From: a virus
Taxonomy: Duplodnaviria; Caudoviricetes
Direction: 5' to 3' (one strand)
Length of the DNA stretch: 64,000 nucleotides
Virus record (IMG/VR): IMGVR_UViG_3300013121_000005
Location: 256,001 to 320,000 of that record
The translations under genes and the position numbers were made by a program. Each line of letters begins with the position of its first letter. Position 1 is the first letter of the stretch. Positions 9,100 to 19,133 of the stretch are shown piece after piece. Under the pieces are notes generated by a model. It worked only from the letters and a program-made list of their open reading frames with translations, ran no database searches and was not told the origin of the DNA.

Positions 9100-10249
9100 C
9101 GTCGTCGTCATCGTCGTCATCGTCGTCGTCATCTTCATCATCGTCGTCGTCATCCTCGTCGTCATCTTCCTCATCCTCTGTAATCTGTTCGGAGATCGCA
9201 AACTGGTAGACTTGAGCAAGGGAAGTAGGCTCGTGGAAAACTACGGTCTCCCCCTCAGTGATACGAGCATAGACTTCCGCAGCCTTCTCTGGGCTGAGTA
9301 GTCCAATATGAAGATGTCGAGAGAGCCTTCCGGGTCGTTTGAGAGCATCATCGATCTCTGAGAGGGATGCGTTGGTTGTGCAGATCACGCGGAGGTTGAG
9401 AGAGTGCCCCAAAATCCCGTCAGATACATTCAGTAGAGCACTAATAGCCGCAAGAGACCCCTTCTCTCTAGGGACAAGGGCCTTGTCTGCATCCTCGATG
9501 ACAAGGACGATGGGTTTGTTCGAGCCAGCCATTCCACGTGCTCGAACAAGCATTGGGACTAGCTGAGGTCCGGCAAGGCTTTCGACTAGGTGCGGGGGGA
9601 TCAGAACAAAAACAGCATCCAATACTTCGTGGATGATGCCTCTGACAAAGTAGGTCTTCCCGCAACCAGGGTCTCCCTCCAGGAGGGTAAGACGGCCGAG
9701 TGGGGGGTCTCGTTGCAGGTCGTCCACGATAAATTGGAAGCCCTGTGCAACCTCCCCCATGTAGTTTTCCTCTGCGAATGCTTCCCCCGCAAGTCCAACT
9801 TCAATAATTTCCACACCATTTGGACCATCCGCCAAACTGTAGACAGGTTGACGAACATGGTCAGGAAGAAGGTGGGACCCTAGCAGACCCGCTAACTTCA
9901 TGTATTGCTTCTCGTCGAAGCACATGAGGGTGGTAGATACTTTTCCGTCCACTCCAATTTGGACATTTATGGCCCCAGTGTCCCATACGAGCCAGTTGTC
10001 GAACACCCCCCGTCCGAAAATCGGACCCCCGGTCAAAACAGGAAAGGCATTTACAGCCTTACGCAGGTCCTCTAGCAGAGCCTTCTGCCCGATCTCCCCC
10101 TCCTCCTCCAAGATTCCCCTACAGGACCCAGCTAAAACGGTTTGGTTTGCCCCCAGGGCAAAGTCTAAAAGCATCCGACCCATCGGGCCGAACTTGCTTA
10201 CGTTTTCATCCGACAAGCGTGCTGCATTCCACCAAGCTGGCTTTTTCAT
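9092..10249 (-). CDS. AAA+ ATPase with poly-acidic tail
   Basis: GDPGCGKT, VIEDAD, TTN sensor 1, RPGR Arg finger; GGTGTA 11 nt upstream of ATG 10249. Confidence 0.88.
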   Translation of the reverse strand: MKKPAWWNAARLSDENVSKFGPMGRMLLDFALGANQTVLAGSCRGILEEEGEIGQKALLEDLRKAVNAFPVLTGGPIFGRGVFDNWLVWDTGAINVQIGVDGKVSTTLMCFDEKQYMKLAGLLGSHLLPDHVRQPVYSLADGPNGVEIIEVGLAGEAFAEENYMGEVAQGFQFIVDDLQRDPPLGRLTLLEGDPGCGKTYFVRGIIHEVLDAVFVLIPPHLVESLAGPQLVPMLVRARGMAGSNKPIVLVIEDADKALVPREKGSLAAISALLNVSDGILGHSLNLRVICTTNASLSEIDDALKRPGRLSRHLHIGLLSPEKAAEVYARITEGETVVFHEPTSLAQVYQFAISEQITEDEEDDDEDDDDDDEDDDDDDDDDDDDE

Positions 10250-10280
10250 GTGATCTAGTGTACACCGGGCATTGCCCCAA

Positions 10281-10802
10281 ATGGTCTTCTTCATTTTTCA
10301 GGAGCTGAGGACAGCTCAAGCTTGTGCTTTCCTCTGCCAGAAGGGGTCGCTTTCCCCTTCCCAACTTTTAGCGCAATTGTACTTCGTGGAGCGAACCTCC
10401 CTGCTCCACACTGGTTACCCTCTCACGGGTTCCAGTTTCGTGAGTCTAGCGCAAGGCCCCGTGTCGCTTAATGTCTATGCGTTACTCCGAGGCACAGTAA
10501 GGTCAGCTTTCTGGGACCGCTACTTCTCATGTTCTTCGTCCAACGTGGCCTGCAAAGAATCACCAGGGGAGGATGAACTATCTGACTACGACATAGGGCT
10601 ACTTACCTCAGCAGCCTACCTTACTGCTGAAAGGGTCTTCCCAGAGTGGGAAGACCCTAACCCCTACCGCATGAAATTTCTCCCTGTTGAAAGGATCTTC
10701 GCTGTAAACGGTGTCTCAGACAAGGAGATTCGGCAACTCACTACGGAGTGGAACTACTACCAGTGGGTTGACCGGCTATTTCAAAGAAAGCCAGAGACAT
10801 GA
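10281..10802 (+). CDS. Panacea/DUF4065 (SocA-like) antitoxin-domain protein
   Basis: LYFVERTSLLHTGYPLTG..FVSLAQGPV, ELSDYDI, PEWEDP. Confidence 0.65.
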   Translation: MVFFIFQELRTAQACAFLCQKGSLSPSQLLAQLYFVERTSLLHTGYPLTGSSFVSLAQGPVSLNVYALLRGTVRSAFWDRYFSCSSSNVACKESPGEDELSDYDIGLLTSAAYLTAERVFPEWEDPNPYRMKFLPVERIFAVNGVSDKEIRQLTTEWNYYQWVDRLFQRKPET

Positions 10803-11137
10803 CCCTTGTAGAAGTCAAAGCCTTGCTTGCTCAATGTGCCCGGAGTGAGCTTCGCGACCTTACCTTTGGTGACGCAGAAATCTACTGGACCAAAGATGGG
10901 AAGGAAGTAGCTTTTTGCTACGAGGGGCGTACTGTACCCCTCGTGGTTTCTGGAGGGTACGAGGAAGGCAAGGCCACCTGGGAATTTCGGGATGGTGAGG
11001 CGAGGTTGCTACTCTCTTTGGGCCGACCGGTCAGAATCTCGCGGAATGATGTACCCGTCGTCTCCAAGCCTGGCAGAGTACCGCTTAAGCTAAATCTCGG
11101 AAGTGTTCTTCAAAAGTGGTTAGGGAAGAAAGTCTAG
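10799..11137 (+). CDS. hypothetical protein
   Basis: ATGA coupling. Confidence 0.6.
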   Translation: MTLVEVKALLAQCARSELRDLTFGDAEIYWTKDGKEVAFCYEGRTVPLVVSGGYEEGKATWEFRDGEARLLLSLGRPVRISRNDVPVVSKPGRVPLKLNLGSVLQKWLGKKV

Positions 11138-11395
11138 GTCCACCAGGGCGGCATCAACCCTTTCAGCCCCCTTCAGGGCTTCTTCCAGGATAGACTGGAT
11201 CTTGGGGTGGGGTTTACCCTTGTAAAGGAAGACCCCTTCGTCCATGAGACTAACTAGCCCCTTTAGTGGAGCGAGCACCTCAAGGTGCAATTCTCGCTTC
11301 ACCTTAGCCAGTTCCCGGTCCAAGTCTTCGAGCATTTCCCCAGGGGTGGCTGAAACTCGTACAACGTGGGAGCGGCGATCGTAACTGTAGCTCAT
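11120..11395 (-). CDS. small protein with MSYSYDRR leader
   Basis: ATG 11395; TCTTTAT 14 nt upstream. Confidence 0.6.
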   Translation of the reverse strand: MSYSYDRRSHVVRVSATPGEMLEDLDRELAKVKRELHLEVLAPLKGLVSLMDEGVFLYKGKPHPKIQSILEEALKGAERVDAALVDLDFLP

Positions 11396-11445
11396 ACCCC
11401 CCTCGAAGCATAAAGAGATCAGCACAAAGTCGGAATCAGACTGCA

Positions 11446-12537
11446 ATGTTTCACCTGACCAACTTTACGGAGTCTTCGACCAACGTCCATTCCTTGAGCA
11501 TGTTAATGCGTACTGCACTTATGTTCTGGGAACGACTACCCCACCTTGGGGTGGACCCTGAGACGGCAGACCACATCGAACTCAGTAACGTGGCCTCTCG
11601 TCTAAGTGACCAATTCTTCATGGAGATGTTTGGGCAGAAGTGCAACCCGAAATTTGAGGGTCATTCTTTTGAGCAGATCGGAATTTGGACCTCCCATGCT
11701 GTTGCAATGGAATGGTATGCCCGTTGGGGGGACCTGGCGTTCCCTCGGATCCAAACCAGCCATTCATTCGCAACTATGCTTATGGCTACGACGATTAGCT
11801 CAAAGGAGCTTGTACATGTCGAAGCTCCTTGGCCCGCTTTCCTAATTGAGGTTCCTGAAGGGCTTCTTCCAATTACGCTTGAAAAGGGTACTGTCACTCA
11901 TATCCGACGTATCCATGTAACCCCCAAATGTATGCCTGGTAACTTTCCGGATGAAAGTTGGGCACTTTGGATGGTAGGTCCTGGTGTGGAAATTCATCGG
12001 GTTGGGTCTCTGTCTGAAATCACAACACCTCGGAACAAGACAGAGCTGTCCAAAGTAACCCTTACGCGAATCGAAGACAACTTACACCATGAGCCCAAAG
12101 ATCGCTCTTTTGCGAGTAGTGATGAGGAACTAGCTTCCTTCTGGGAAGGATACAGTACCACAATAGAAGACCGTCTGGCCGTTCTGGTAGGCCGCTTGGT
12201 TATAGGGCTGTGTGTTTTCATGACCACACGAGCCAACTATACCGAGAAGGTTGTCAAGCCCGATGGGGAGTTGGCTGCCTATGCACGACGACTTGGTAAG
12301 AAACCAGAAAGTCGAATCTTCAAAGTCGGACGACCGGTGAAACTAGACTTTCGACTAGCTATCAGGTCCTACTTAGAAGGGAGCCGAGGTCCTGTGACAG
12401 TTCAAAGTCTCGTAGCTGGGCACCACAAACGACAAGCCCATGGGCCCAACAACTCCCTCCGGAAGTGGATCTTCGTTGAGCCTTACTGGAGAGGGCCAGA
12501 GGAAGGGGCGGTTGTTGTTCGCCCCCATCTGGTTTAG
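11446..12537 (+). CDS. phage hypothetical protein
   Basis: C-terminal GHHKRQAHGP..RKWIFVEPYWRG motif of a type common in phage proteins; start uncertain. Confidence 0.7.
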   Translation: MFHLTNFTESSTNVHSLSMLMRTALMFWERLPHLGVDPETADHIELSNVASRLSDQFFMEMFGQKCNPKFEGHSFEQIGIWTSHAVAMEWYARWGDLAFPRIQTSHSFATMLMATTISSKELVHVEAPWPAFLIEVPEGLLPITLEKGTVTHIRRIHVTPKCMPGNFPDESWALWMVGPGVEIHRVGSLSEITTPRNKTELSKVTLTRIEDNLHHEPKDRSFASSDEELASFWEGYSTTIEDRLAVLVGRLVIGLCVFMTTRANYTEKVVKPDGELAAYARRLGKKPESRIFKVGRPVKLDFRLAIRSYLEGSRGPVTVQSLVAGHHKRQAHGPNNSLRKWIFVEPYWRGPEEGAVVVRPHLV

Positions 12538-14144
12538 CCAATCTGGGCTTTGAGGGCAGCTACCTGAGACTTAAGGGCCGTCACTCTAGACTTTAGGGAC
12601 TTCACTTGAGTGGTAAGAGCTGAGTTCTCCGTTTCTAGGTCATTCACTTGTGTTTGTAGGGAGCCAATTTCCGCCCCCAATGATGCCACATGGGCGTCAT
12701 TTGCGGAAACTTGAGCCTGTAGGGATGTAACCTCACCCCTTAGAGTCTCAACCTCGCTTCTGAGAGTAGCTACCTCCGCCTCCAGGGCTTTGAGACCGTT
12801 GTTTTCAGCTTTTAGGGCGTCAACTTCCGACATGAGAGTCGAGTTCTCCGTTTGAAGGGTGCCTACCTGAGTCTGGAGAGAACTTGCTTGAGCTTGAAGG
12901 GTGCCCACTTGAGCTTGAAGAGTACCTGCCTGAGACTTGAGGGTCGAGTTTTCCGTTTGAAGAGTACTCGCCTGAGACTTGAGGGTCGAGTTCTCGGTTT
13001 GAAGGGTGCCCACTTGGGACTTGAGAGCCGAGTTCTCAGCAAGTAGGGCATCAACTTCAGCTTGAGTTAGACCTACCTTCAGAGATTTCTCAATGAGTTT
13101 CATCTGAGGGGAGTCCCCACTAGCGTTTGGGCATAGTGTGAATTGGTAGTTACCCCACCAAGTTGGAGGTCCGTAAGCCCACCATTGGAAACCAAGGATA
13201 ACATCCTGGTTTGCATTCATGTAGTTGATCAGGTTTGCCCACGCTTCATTAGCTATAGGGTTTGAGGCAGCAAACCCTACTTCGCAGACCATGACCTTGA
13301 CGTTGTTGGCTCGTCCCCAATCCGTAACGACTGCAAGTCTCTCTGCTCCAATTGTAGCAGATTCGATCTGGGTAACCCCTCCCGCAGCATCCTTGTCGAG
13401 ATAGAGGTGCACTTGAGCTGCTAGGTTGTTGGCAGGGTCCGACAATCGACGGTCCACTCCATTCGCATTGAGCCAGCCGTAAGCGTTTGATCTTTTTGGG
13501 CTCCCCGTGTCAAACATACTACCCGTATAGGTCCAAGACCCTGCACCTGAGTAGTAATTCCCAGGCATCAGGATCATCTGGGTAGCCCCCGTGGCCCGGA
13601 TTGCATTGATTACCCTTTGGGCAGTGGCAAACCAGGTCATAGTGGGAATCCCAAAAGGTTCGTTTGTGATGCCAAACATCACCTTAGGGTTCGCCTTGAA
13701 GATGGTTGCGAGCTGAGACCAAAGGTCAACAAGCAAATCACTCACAGGGTAAGAAACCCCACTGCCAGGAGGGGTATAAGACAACCCAACTTTTACCCCG
13801 TAGTACGCTGCGAAGGTTGGGTCGTCCCCTCCGTGAATATCTAGGATGACTGAGCACCCTTTTGCTGTAATGTAGTCTACAATCTCTTTGAATCGATCGT
13901 AGAAGACCCTAAAATTCCCCTTTAGGGCGCCTGGTAAGCTAGCTTTGGGGGTTGGCTGCAATGCCTCCCACGAGAAGAGCAGCCGAAACGTGTTCATCCC
14001 TTTCGAGATGAGGTAGTCAATTTGCGGGTTCGACACCCAAAGATAGTCTGTCCCAGAGATTGGTCCTGTGACACCAGTCTTCCAGGCTTCCTTCCAGATT
14101 GGTGACCCATTTACAAGATTTGCCCCACGGTGCTTGAGTGCCAT
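12534..14144 (-). CDS. GH5 endoglucanase-like glycoside hydrolase + C-terminal coiled coil
   Basis: FRLLFSWEALQP, NEP acid/base, HLYLD, CEVG nucleophile, WWAYG; about 170 aa of heptads. Confidence 0.88.
   Translation of the reverse strand: MALKHRGANLVNGSPIWKEAWKTGVTGPISGTDYLWVSNPQIDYLISKGMNTFRLLFSWEALQPTPKASLPGALKGNFRVFYDRFKEIVDYITAKGCSVILDIHGGDDPTFAAYYGVKVGLSYTPPGSGVSYPVSDLLVDLWSQLATIFKANPKVMFGITNEPFGIPTMTWFATAQRVINAIRATGATQMILMPGNYYSGAGSWTYTGSMFDTGSPKRSNAYGWLNANGVDRRLSDPANNLAAQVHLYLDKDAAGGVTQIESATIGAERLAVVTDWGRANNVKVMVCEVGFAASNPIANEAWANLINYMNANQDVILGFQWWAYGPPTWWGNYQFTLCPNASGDSPQMKLIEKSLKVGLTQAEVDALLAENSALKSQVGTLQTENSTLKSQASTLQTENSTLKSQAGTLQAQVGTLQAQASSLQTQVGTLQTENSTLMSEVDALKAENNGLKALEAEVATLRSEVETLRGEVTSLQAQVSANDAHVASLGAEIGSLQTQVNDLETENSALTTQVKSLKSRVTALKSQVAALKAQIG
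12840..13040 (-). repeat. 21/42-nt heptad-coding repeats (TLQTENSTLKSQ)
   Basis: directly visible repeats. Confidence 0.8.
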
Positions 14145-14215
14145 TCCTACATGATACCCTATACCTAGGGTGGAAATCAACCAAGTTTTTCCACTTATCT
14201 TTAGGGGGGAATAGG

Positions 14216-15319
14216 ATGCTTAGGCTCATCACTCAAGTTACCCAAAGATACGCTGTTATCTTAGACGTCAAAACGGCCCTAAGAAGCTTCCGAGTCCAAC
14301 GGGCTCGTATTGAGACTGCCGTGAAAGAGGGCAATGCAGAAGAATCCCGACGCTTGTTCGGGGCCTTGGGGGAGAGCTTGCAGCCTCTTGCTAACGCTCT
14401 CGAAGGGGTTGCAATCCAGCGCTCGGACGAGCAACGAAAGCTCAAGAACGTCAAGCAATGGCTCCATCGTATCAAGTACCCCTTCAAGTCGGAGTACCTG
14501 GAGGAGTCAGACGATGAGGCCCTCTCGTGGATCTGGGGCTCCCTCGACAACATCGAGGAGGCGCTCCAGTCCATCAGCCGGGTCGCAGACCGGATCCAAG
14601 GGTACCAGGCGATCGAGAAGGAGTTTCAGCACGGACCCTTCAAGATCGTCAACAAGTACGGCTTCCGATCTGAGGAGTACGCTGAGCCACTTCAGCTTCT
14701 TGACTCGGCCATCTCAAAGCTCGAAAGTGCGGGGTTCAAGAGCCTTGCCTACGGCCTCATCTACTTGGAGAGGGCCAGCGGTTATGCGGGCATCTACCAC
14801 GCGAACGATGACACGATCGGGCTCAACGTGGAGGCGAAGAACCGCTTCAGCTCGCTCTACACGGTGATCCACGAGTTTGGGCACCGGTACTGGCACAAGA
14901 CCCTTTCCTCGGCCCAACGGGATACCTATGAGGACATCTACGCCCACGGGCGAGCCCTCACGGTCGAGCAACGACAGGACATGTGGCAGGCCCTCAAAGA
15001 GGCCAACTTTCAGCCTGCGAAAGCCGCCCGTCTTCTCCGGGACCAGTCGCTCGTCGAACGGTTCATGGTCTACTGGAAAGAACAGGTGAAGTCCACGGGA
15101 TGGGCGAGCAAGGACCTCGTGAAGCACCCCGAGTACGTTGAGCGCAACTTCTTGAGCCCGAACACCAAGTACATCTACCTGGACCTTCCCATCATCACCG
15201 TGTCCAACTACGCGAAGACCAACGTCAAAGAAGACTTCGCGGAGAACTTCGCGCACTTCGTGCTGAAGATGAAGATCCCCGAGGCAGTCATGGAACGTTT
15301 TGGTCCTACCTTGGTGTAA
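14216..15319 (+). CDS. zincin metallopeptidase (lethal-factor/MPTase-like)
   Basis: HEFGH; NYAKTNVKEDFAENF third-ligand motif. Confidence 0.75.
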   Translation: MLRLITQVTQRYAVILDVKTALRSFRVQRARIETAVKEGNAEESRRLFGALGESLQPLANALEGVAIQRSDEQRKLKNVKQWLHRIKYPFKSEYLEESDDEALSWIWGSLDNIEEALQSISRVADRIQGYQAIEKEFQHGPFKIVNKYGFRSEEYAEPLQLLDSAISKLESAGFKSLAYGLIYLERASGYAGIYHANDDTIGLNVEAKNRFSSLYTVIHEFGHRYWHKTLSSAQRDTYEDIYAHGRALTVEQRQDMWQALKEANFQPAKAARLLRDQSLVERFMVYWKEQVKSTGWASKDLVKHPEYVERNFLSPNTKYIYLDLPIITVSNYAKTNVKEDFAENFAHFVLKMKIPEAVMERFGPTLV

Positions 15320-15327
15320 AGTACGTC

Positions 15328-15846
15328 ATGTGTGCTGACAGGTACAACCTTCCGGAGCTTGGGCTAATAGAGCCCGGTCAAAGTAAGACGCGATTTGAGC
15401 TACTAGAGAAGGACATCTACGTAGTTGGGGACTCCATTCAAAATGGGGCTACTTTGACTGCATTCGCTACAGACGGTCGAATTCAGGTTCAAGTGGGTGA
15501 GGTTTTTGGCACATTCCCTGCTTTCTGGACCGGGGTGTGCTCAATAGGGTATGCTCTACAAATTGGCACAAGGGTCGAGAACCATTCAGGTACGTGCCAA
15601 GGACTAACAGACCTTGATAAGCTTCTTCTGGAAGGTCAGCGTCTAACCATAGAACGGCTCGGGCCTGCTTTTTTGGCTACCCTCTCCCGGAGCCTTCCTC
15701 CTCGAAGCTTTCATTTCAAGGGGAAAGAGCACTGGATCTATCGGAAAGAACTCCGAAAGGCGAAGGCTAATACTTACCCGAAGGCTTTATTCAACGTTTT
15801 GCAAGCCGCTCCGGAAATCTTCGAGGGGTCTATCTTGAGAGAGTAG
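15328..15846 (+). CDS. hypothetical protein (KTRFELL near N-terminus)
   Basis: GGTGTA-N9-ATG. Confidence 0.6.
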   Translation: MCADRYNLPELGLIEPGQSKTRFELLEKDIYVVGDSIQNGATLTAFATDGRIQVQVGEVFGTFPAFWTGVCSIGYALQIGTRVENHSGTCQGLTDLDKLLLEGQRLTIERLGPAFLATLSRSLPPRSFHFKGKEHWIYRKELRKAKANTYPKALFNVLQAAPEIFEGSILRE

Positions 15847-15922
15847 AGGGCGACGGCCGCCTTGGACCAACGCCAAGAAGGCGGGCATTCCGGGGGCTGA
15901 GGGGCGGGGGTCCGATAGACGT

Positions 15923-16642
15923 TCATGACCGGACGGCTTGAACGAACGCCCGAACCTTCTCGGGGTCCAGCTCGGTCCACGACCGGCTGATGCCGCTGGC
16001 AACGAGGAAGCAGTTGGTGTACGGCAGGTACGTCCGAACGTTCTCCGGAGTGAGCCCACTAGCGATGGCGAGGAGATGATCCCCTGCCCCGTCGCGCATC
16101 TGCCGGATCTTGTCCGGGTCGGGAGCCATGGCGGTATTTGGGCCGCTCGTGGTGATGACATCCATGTAGGGCCCTGCCAACTTGGCCGCGAGCCGGGGGT
16201 TCTTGGAGGGGCGCTGGGTCTTGAAGGCTACGCCCGCAAAATAAAGCACGCGATCGGCGTTGGGGAGGGCCAGGTGAGCCTTACGGATATCCGCAGCTCG
16301 CTCTTGTTCCGCTTTGTCCTCGTCGATGTAGGTGTCCTCGTCGATGTAGGCGTTGTCTACCCAGACCCCATCAAAGCCACGTTCGACGGATTCTTGGATG
16401 GCAACGGTGTTGTAGAAGCCAAGGCAGTTGACCCCGAGCCACTTGCCTGGGAACTCCTCTCGGATTTTCTCGGCGATCTTGAGGAGATCCCAGCCGGACA
16501 TGTAGTGGTTGATGAGGAACACCCCATCAGCTCCGGCGTCGAAGGCGATCTTGGTGTTGTCCCGAGCCTGCTCCAAGTGGTCGACGTGGATCACAGGGAG
16601 AACTGCGGGCTTGGTCTTCCAGGCTTGGGCGAAGGGGTTCAT
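15923..16642 (-). CDS. BtpA/SgcQ-family TIM-barrel protein
   Basis: VLPVIH, GADGVFLINH, GVAFK, TTSG, IASG, LVASG. Confidence 0.75.
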   Translation of the reverse strand: MNPFAQAWKTKPAVLPVIHVDHLEQARDNTKIAFDAGADGVFLINHYMSGWDLLKIAEKIREEFPGKWLGVNCLGFYNTVAIQESVERGFDGVWVDNAYIDEDTYIDEDKAEQERAADIRKAHLALPNADRVLYFAGVAFKTQRPSKNPRLAAKLAGPYMDVITTSGPNTAMAPDPDKIRQMRDGAGDHLLAIASGLTPENVRTYLPYTNCFLVASGISRSWTELDPEKVRAFVQAVRS

Positions 16643-16983
16643 GGCTTGATGTCGATCTCCCCCACGGCCAGTTCAGCGCAGTAGAGGGCCAGCTTGGTGG
16701 AGTAGTCCGAGTGCCCGACGGCGAGCTGCTCGACCCGCATGAACATCTGGAGGCTCAAGGGGTCGAACCCTCGGGCCAAACGCTCCTTGTTGATGGCCGT
16801 GAGCATGGTATCTCGCTCGAAGACGACCCAGCCGGGCTCGGTCCAGGTCGGCGGGACGAACTCCCCCCTCTTGGAACGCTCTTTAGCAGCGTCTTGGAAG
16901 GTCTTGAGCATCTGGGCCTGGAGAGCCAGCCTGTCCTTGATGGAGATCGTCGGATTCGTCGAGTGGGCTAGGAAAGGCATCAC
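16639..16983 (-). CDS. hypothetical protein
   Basis: coupled in operon. Confidence 0.6.
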   Translation of the reverse strand: MMPFLAHSTNPTISIKDRLALQAQMLKTFQDAAKERSKRGEFVPPTWTEPGWVVFERDTMLTAINKERLARGFDPLSLQMFMRVEQLAVGHSDYSTKLALYCAELAVGEIDIKP

Positions 16984-17291
16984 GTACCCTCCTTGTGAGT
17001 GAATTGAGCAGTGAGGATGTCAGAAACCTTAAAACAGGCTTGTAGGAGCTGGGGGCCAACCTCGTATGGTTTCGCATGGCTCGGAACCATGAGCCGAACC
17101 TCGAAGACCATTTCCTTTGGAGGGTCTACGACCATGCCGGGAACCCAAGCGTGGTCGTGCACTTCGATGTCGTTGTAAGGGGCAGCCTCACTAATGGGGA
17201 ACATCTTCCCATCCATGCGGGCAGGAGTGTCTGCGGGTAGTTTCTTCATACCCGCTTTTCCCTCAAACCAGACAAACTCAGACTTATCCAT
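16980..17291 (-). CDS. hypothetical protein
   Basis: GAGGTG SD before ATG 17291. Confidence 0.55.
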   Translation of the reverse strand: MDKSEFVWFEGKAGMKKLPADTPARMDGKMFPISEAAPYNDIEVHDHAWVPGMVVDPPKEMVFEVRLMVPSHAKPYEVGPQLLQACFKVSDILTAQFTHKEGT

Positions 17292-17334
17292 TGCATACAC
17301 CTCTCTTGGCTTAAACGAACGAGAGGGGGAACCT

Positions 17335-17904
17335 TTAACCTAGGAGGAGCTTTACAGCTCGCTTTACGTCCTCTCGGGTAAGCCCCACAGCTAAATCGGT
17401 ACGGATATGGAATTCACTTAGATGAGCCATATCTGAATCATCGTCAAGAATCACGAGCTTAGCGATAGGCTCCCCTTTCCACTTATCGAGCCATTCTTGG
17501 ATTTCATCCCCTCGAAGGGGGGATGATGAGCCGTAGGTCCCATGGTGGATTCGAGGGAGCCCTTGAGGAGTCTGCCCAATGATTTCCCCTCTAAACCCAA
17601 AGTTCTCCAAAAGCGTTTGAAGAACCCTCCAGGGGTAGGTTTTCCTCCAGGTTGAGGAGATAACCACTTTTGCTTGGGTTTCCTCTAGAAAGCTGTTTAG
17701 CATAGCCACCGCAGTCGGGTCGATATGCTGAAGATCATACAGGATGGTAGACTGGGGAACAGACGTCCCCCCTTGCACTAGCTTACGGTTAATCTTCCGC
17801 ATTGCGCGGAGGTTCTCTCTGCTAGGGGGAGGATTCTTCCGCAGGGTTGCAAAGAAGGCGTGAGAGTTCAGCACCCCATCGATGTCCAGGAATAGAAGTT
17901 TCAT
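17335..17904 (-). CDS. HAD-superfamily (HAD_SAK_2-like) phosphatase
   Basis: LFLDIDGVLN, ISSTWR, RGDEI, ILDDD. Confidence 0.85.
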   Translation of the reverse strand: MKLLFLDIDGVLNSHAFFATLRKNPPPSRENLRAMRKINRKLVQGGTSVPQSTILYDLQHIDPTAVAMLNSFLEETQAKVVISSTWRKTYPWRVLQTLLENFGFRGEIIGQTPQGLPRIHHGTYGSSSPLRGDEIQEWLDKWKGEPIAKLVILDDDSDMAHLSEFHIRTDLAVGLTREDVKRAVKLLLG

Positions 17905-17917
17905 ACTGGACGACCTG

Positions 17918-18193
17918 CTACCGCCAGGTTTGGCCATCCCACTTACAAGGGGTTGCACTTTTTTGCTCCACTAAGCTCCAGAATCCGTCGGGCACTTCAA
18001 TGCGCAAGAACCCCGTCATTCTTGACCGCAGTCGTTCGGTTGAGTGCTTATCGATCGGGTCAAAATCTGTTAGGTTCGACCAGTAAGCCTTCCCCCTCTG
18101 GTCAAAAACGTAAGCGAAGTACTCTCGGGCATCCTCGTCATACCCCGCAACAACCTCGAACCCGTTTTTGGTCCTAAATGTAACTTGACTCAT
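17918..18193 (-). CDS. hypothetical protein
   Basis: ATG, operon position. Confidence 0.55.
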   Translation of the reverse strand: MSQVTFRTKNGFEVVAGYDEDAREYFAYVFDQRGKAYWSNLTDFDPIDKHSTERLRSRMTGFLRIEVPDGFWSLVEQKSATPCKWDGQTWR

Positions 18194-18279
18194 AATGGTC
18201 TATGTCCCCGAAAAGAGGGCATAAAAGTCGAAACCAAACTTAAAGTCAAGAGTGAACTTCTTTCATTGACCCACCACGG

Positions 18280-18681
18280 TCAGCCTCTTCGGGTGGGCGT
18301 AGAGAGCGGGTTGATGGGCTTCCAGAAGCGTGTGATGTGTGTGACGGCTTCGGGGAGGGTCTTGAAGGTCTCTGGGCCTACGGCTTCGCCGGTCACGCGG
18401 AAGGCGTCGTCGGGGGTCAGCTCGATGGTGAAGCTCCCGTGGACGATGTTGAGGTCGGGGGTCTTTTCCCGGTGGGTTCCGCCGCGTATCACGTGGGGGT
18501 TCTTGTTGAAGTTGCGGGCGTTCTCCCAGTCCAGCGGGTGGCTTGCTTTGGCGTAGAGGCCAGCGCTCAACAGGGCGTGTTCGGCGGTCCTCACGGCGGC
18601 GTAAAGTTCGGCGTGTTTGGTTTCAGCGTGGGTCATGGCGAGCGTTACTTCGCGAACTGAAACTCCAAGAACTTGACACAT
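18280..18681 (-). CDS. hypothetical protein
   Basis: C-ending codon bias; true start probably internal (MTHAET). Confidence 0.5.
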   Translation of the reverse strand: MCQVLGVSVREVTLAMTHAETKHAELYAAVRTAEHALLSAGLYAKASHPLDWENARNFNKNPHVIRGGTHREKTPDLNIVHGSFTIELTPDDAFRVTGEAVGPETFKTLPEAVTHITRFWKPINPLSTPTRRG

Positions 18682-19133
18682 CGGGCTTTTTGCGCAGCTT
18701 CCCTAAGATCGGCCCCCCTCAGGGCCTCCTCCAGAATGGTCTTGATGCGCTGCAACTCATTCTTGCTCGTTCGACTCTCAAGTTTTTGACTCAAGTACAT
18801 CCCATAGAGGCACTCCAGGAGATACACAATTGTCCCCTCCAACGTGCAACAGACCTTTGGGATCATGCTGTTGTCGACTGAAGGGAACTGCTCCTTGAGC
18901 ACAGTGTAGGTCTGAGTGTGCTTCTCAGCTCCAGGCACCTTGAAGGTGTGCATGCCGTACACCGCGATCTTTACAAGACCGACAAGCCTCCGTAGCAGCG
19001 CCTTCGAGTGCTTCCGAGTGCTTTTGTACACGGTAAAGTCAAGGATCGCCTCAGTTAGGTAGCTGAGGGTCTCTTTGGGCTCTTTGGAAGGGGCAGGCAT
19101 ACCAGCTAAACGAAGGTAAGTAGGAGCCTTCAA
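18645..19133 (-). CDS. hypothetical protein
   Basis: operon packing. Confidence 0.5.
   Translation of the reverse strand: MKAPTYLRLAGMPAPSKEPKETLSYLTEAILDFTVYKSTRKHSKALLRRLVGLVKIAVYGMHTFKVPGAEKHTQTYTVLKEQFPSVDNSMIPKVCCTLEGTIVYLLECLYGMYLSQKLESRTSKNELQRIKTILEEALRGADLREAAQKARCVKFLEFQFAK

Noticed and set aside
9100-9219. M/T-rich N-terminal extension of ORF 8809..9219
   Set aside because: It is an off-frame reading of the ATPase poly-Asp tail; the real start is 9099.
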